DNA of 63,843 nt, the filler included. It is 17 parts of 17 records of this genome, joined end to end, with 100 filler letters (N's around TTAATTAATTAA, not from the genome) between each part and the next. Parts side by side here need not be neighbours in the genome. Positions count along the whole stretch, not along the records: positions 60,947 to 63,843 come from SRR9188676_2769; 16 more parts are not named here. One strand, 5' to 3'. The position numbers were made by a program, and so were the translations under genes. The notes beneath the pieces are model-generated. The model saw only the letters and a list, made by a program, of their open reading frames with translations, did no database searches and was not told the origin of the DNA. The first letter of the stretch is position 1; the number at the start of each line of letters is the position of its first letter. Below, in pieces: positions 61,485 through 63,843 of the stretch.

Positions 61485-63751
61485 CTTCGTGGGAGATGTC
61501 AAATGGATGCACAAATCAGTGAGTTTTGCCAGGTCATGTGTGTACGGTGACGTGGAGATCTTGGGAAACGCATCCTGATGCGACATGCAAAACAAACACG
61601 TCACAGGAATACACAGGAAGAAATGGAGATTAGAAAGGAAAATGAGACCATCAAAGACCTCCGAAAAGACAGTAAATGACAGCTAAGTTAAGGACAGAAT
61701 GGGGGGAAAATGGAACTACAAAAGTAGCGTACGAACAAAGGATCTTTTTCACCAGTTCGTATGGTCTACTATTTTCGAAAAAAAATATCAAAGAAGTGTA
61801 AATGGAAATAGTAAAAACCAAAACGAAAGACGAGAGAGGGTTCACATGAGACAAGAGTGTATGATGATGAGGGGTTGATTAGCGGGATCGGGATAAGTCG
61901 ATGCCACAGACCGGGTCAGAATTCGTTTGCGATCCTAGAGTCTGAAGCTGAAATTGGAGAAACGTCTCAATGGTAATTGTGTTACGGATCATTGTCTTAT
62001 AGTCCTTCAAATGTCAGGATATAGGGTATGTGGAGAAAGGTTCTGCAATAGGATACGGAATGCAACTGACCTTGAGTAAGTAGATGCGTAACGGATTGAT
62101 CGAGGTGACCATGACCCACACGCGCACATCAAATTTGTGGCCACGGTACACGTAAGGTTTGTCAATATACTGCTGGTAGTTTACTAGCTTGGGCACATCA
62201 ACCAAAGGGTTGATATTTTCATCAGAGGTTGCCATTGTCGGCCCTCTCAAGGGGACGCCCTTTTGCACGATATCTCCATCCCCTATTGGCATATTTCCAT
62301 CCCCTATCCGACTATTACCTTGCACAATTTTCTGTCCCAGTGCCACAATTTCATTCCCAATCTCTCTTACCATCGCTCCATCCCCAACAAGTGCATTATC
62401 CTCCCCGATACTCTGATGTTCCCCCTGTCCAATCTGGTGTGAATTTTCATTTCCATCCCCGATCTCTGGTCCAGCATTCCCTAATCCATTCCCTATAGGG
62501 ACTTTCCCCTCGCGTTTCCTTTTGATTCGTTTCCTCTGAAGAATTTGCCTCAAGTGTTTCATCTCCACTGTTTCACCATCACTCTGAGTCACGTCCAAAG
62601 CCATGTTCACATCCAGAGCCATTTCCGCACCGATCACTCTTGAATCCAAAGAGCTGATCACGACATTCCACGCCTTGCTTAGGACTTCCTCGGGTAGAGA
62701 TGAAGGAGGGGTTTGTTGCCCTAATACACCGGTCTGCACTTGCGTTAAAGACTGGATAGAGTGGGCGGTATTCTGAGTCGTAATGTTTCGTCTAGACTGT
62801 GCCGAGTGCTGAGTGCTGTCGAGACTGATATGCGAAATCAGGGGTACTGTATCTTGTTTGAAATTGCTGCGTGGTACTTGCGGGCTTGGAATTCTGATGT
62901 TGATGTGGCTTGTGGGGCTGAAAATATGAAGTTTTTGATTCTTGTATTGAAGAGTTCTGCGTTGAATCTGGGGATTGTTGTTGCTGTTCTGAGGGGACAA
63001 TCTGAAGGTGCTCGTGGCGTTGGTTACCCACTCGGATATTATTTCGTGCTTGGTCTCTACCACGATGCCCTTGCTGCACTGACCGCCCTCGGGCTTGCGG
63101 ACCCACAGCCATTCGTGACTTCGGGTGGGCAGAGTGGCAGTGTGAACAGCAGCAACTGCGCTGGTGCTCTCTAGGTTCAATGCGGTATGAAAGAAGAGAA
63201 AGTGTAACAAAGCACGGGAGAAAGAGAGAGGGAGGAATGATGAGAAGGAGAGAGGGAGGAAGAAGAGGGAGGAAAAGGAGGAGTAGTTTTGATTAGAGTC
63301 AACCACTGTCATTCTTCGAAAAGATAGAAATTTAATTTTTTCTTTCTCCATTAGAACAATCGCAAACCGGGATGATAAAAAAAACATTTGCTAGAAAAAA
63401 ATTATACAGGGAATTTTTTCCCAAGGCTCCGCCATGTTTTTTTTCCAGTTTGCATTTGCTCATTGAGTATGAATACATCCAAATTTCTCAGTAGAGATTT
63501 TTTATTTATTATTTTTCACTGATTGTTAACACACTCGGAAATCTCAGGGACTTGAAACACATAAACTAAAAGAAAGCATGTGGAAGATGAGCTACCTTCT
63601 TGGGAATTGACAAAGTCCACCCAGCGCGAGACATCCCTGGGAAAGGTAAAAGTGGCTGGGGTGAAATCACAATAACTCGCAGGAAATACAGCACCGCATT
63701 CTTTCTGCAGTTGGCCGAGCGCTGATTTCGATCCGAGTACATCCGCAAACC
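61485..63751 (-). CDS. TTLL: Tubulin-tyrosine-ligase-like (TTLL) enzyme, internal exons
   Basis: Exon 63751-63596 gives VLGSKSALG..YCDFTPATFTFP. Exon 63170-62071 gives WVRKPEGGQCSKGIVV..YQQYIDKPYVYRGHKFDVRVWVMVTSINPLRIYL. The next exon gives ISTSPY..DLCIHLT. Confidence 0.9.
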
Positions 63752-63843
63752 CTGTGGAGATGGATCGAGAATATTAAAAACTTTTTTTTTACTTTTCATT
63801 GGGAAGTGGTGATGTTATTAATAACTTAAATAACACAGGGAAT

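Overview
The window is not one locus. It joins 17 short contigs with identical artificial 100-nt spacers (N44-TTAATTAATTAA-N44), so neighbourhoods only count within a contig. The DNA comes from a compact, intron-rich microbial eukaryote: GT-AG introns mostly 50-500 nt, standard genetic code, a mitochondrial complex I subunit, and many head-to-head gene pairs. Genes I could rebuild across introns by hand are Gemin2, a golgin-84-like protein, a NEK kinase, NDUFB3, a possible 3R-MYB C-terminus, PA200/PSME4, a Venus-flytrap (ANF-receptor) domain protein, ankyrin and Sel1 proteins, ZNF593/Bud20, Uso1/p115, a signal-peptide C2H2 protein, a LysM protein, an ABHD1/3-type hydrolase, trimethyllysine dioxygenase, a PH-coiled-coil-PH protein, a CBM20-like/coiled-coil protein, VPS13, NOC2 and a TTLL ligase. 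One contig holds a decayed, intron-containing EnSpm/CACTA-type transposase, followed by a CAC-start terminus with a dense subterminal repeat array. The most unusual signals are tandem-duplicated 3' splice junctions in two unrelated genes, a small C/D-box/Sm-site RNA candidate in an NDUFB3 intron, a Trp-deficient CBM20 on a repetitive coiled coil, and a TCACGTC motif in bidirectional promoters. I found no clear multi-gene novel system. All family calls come from recognising motifs by eye, without database searches.
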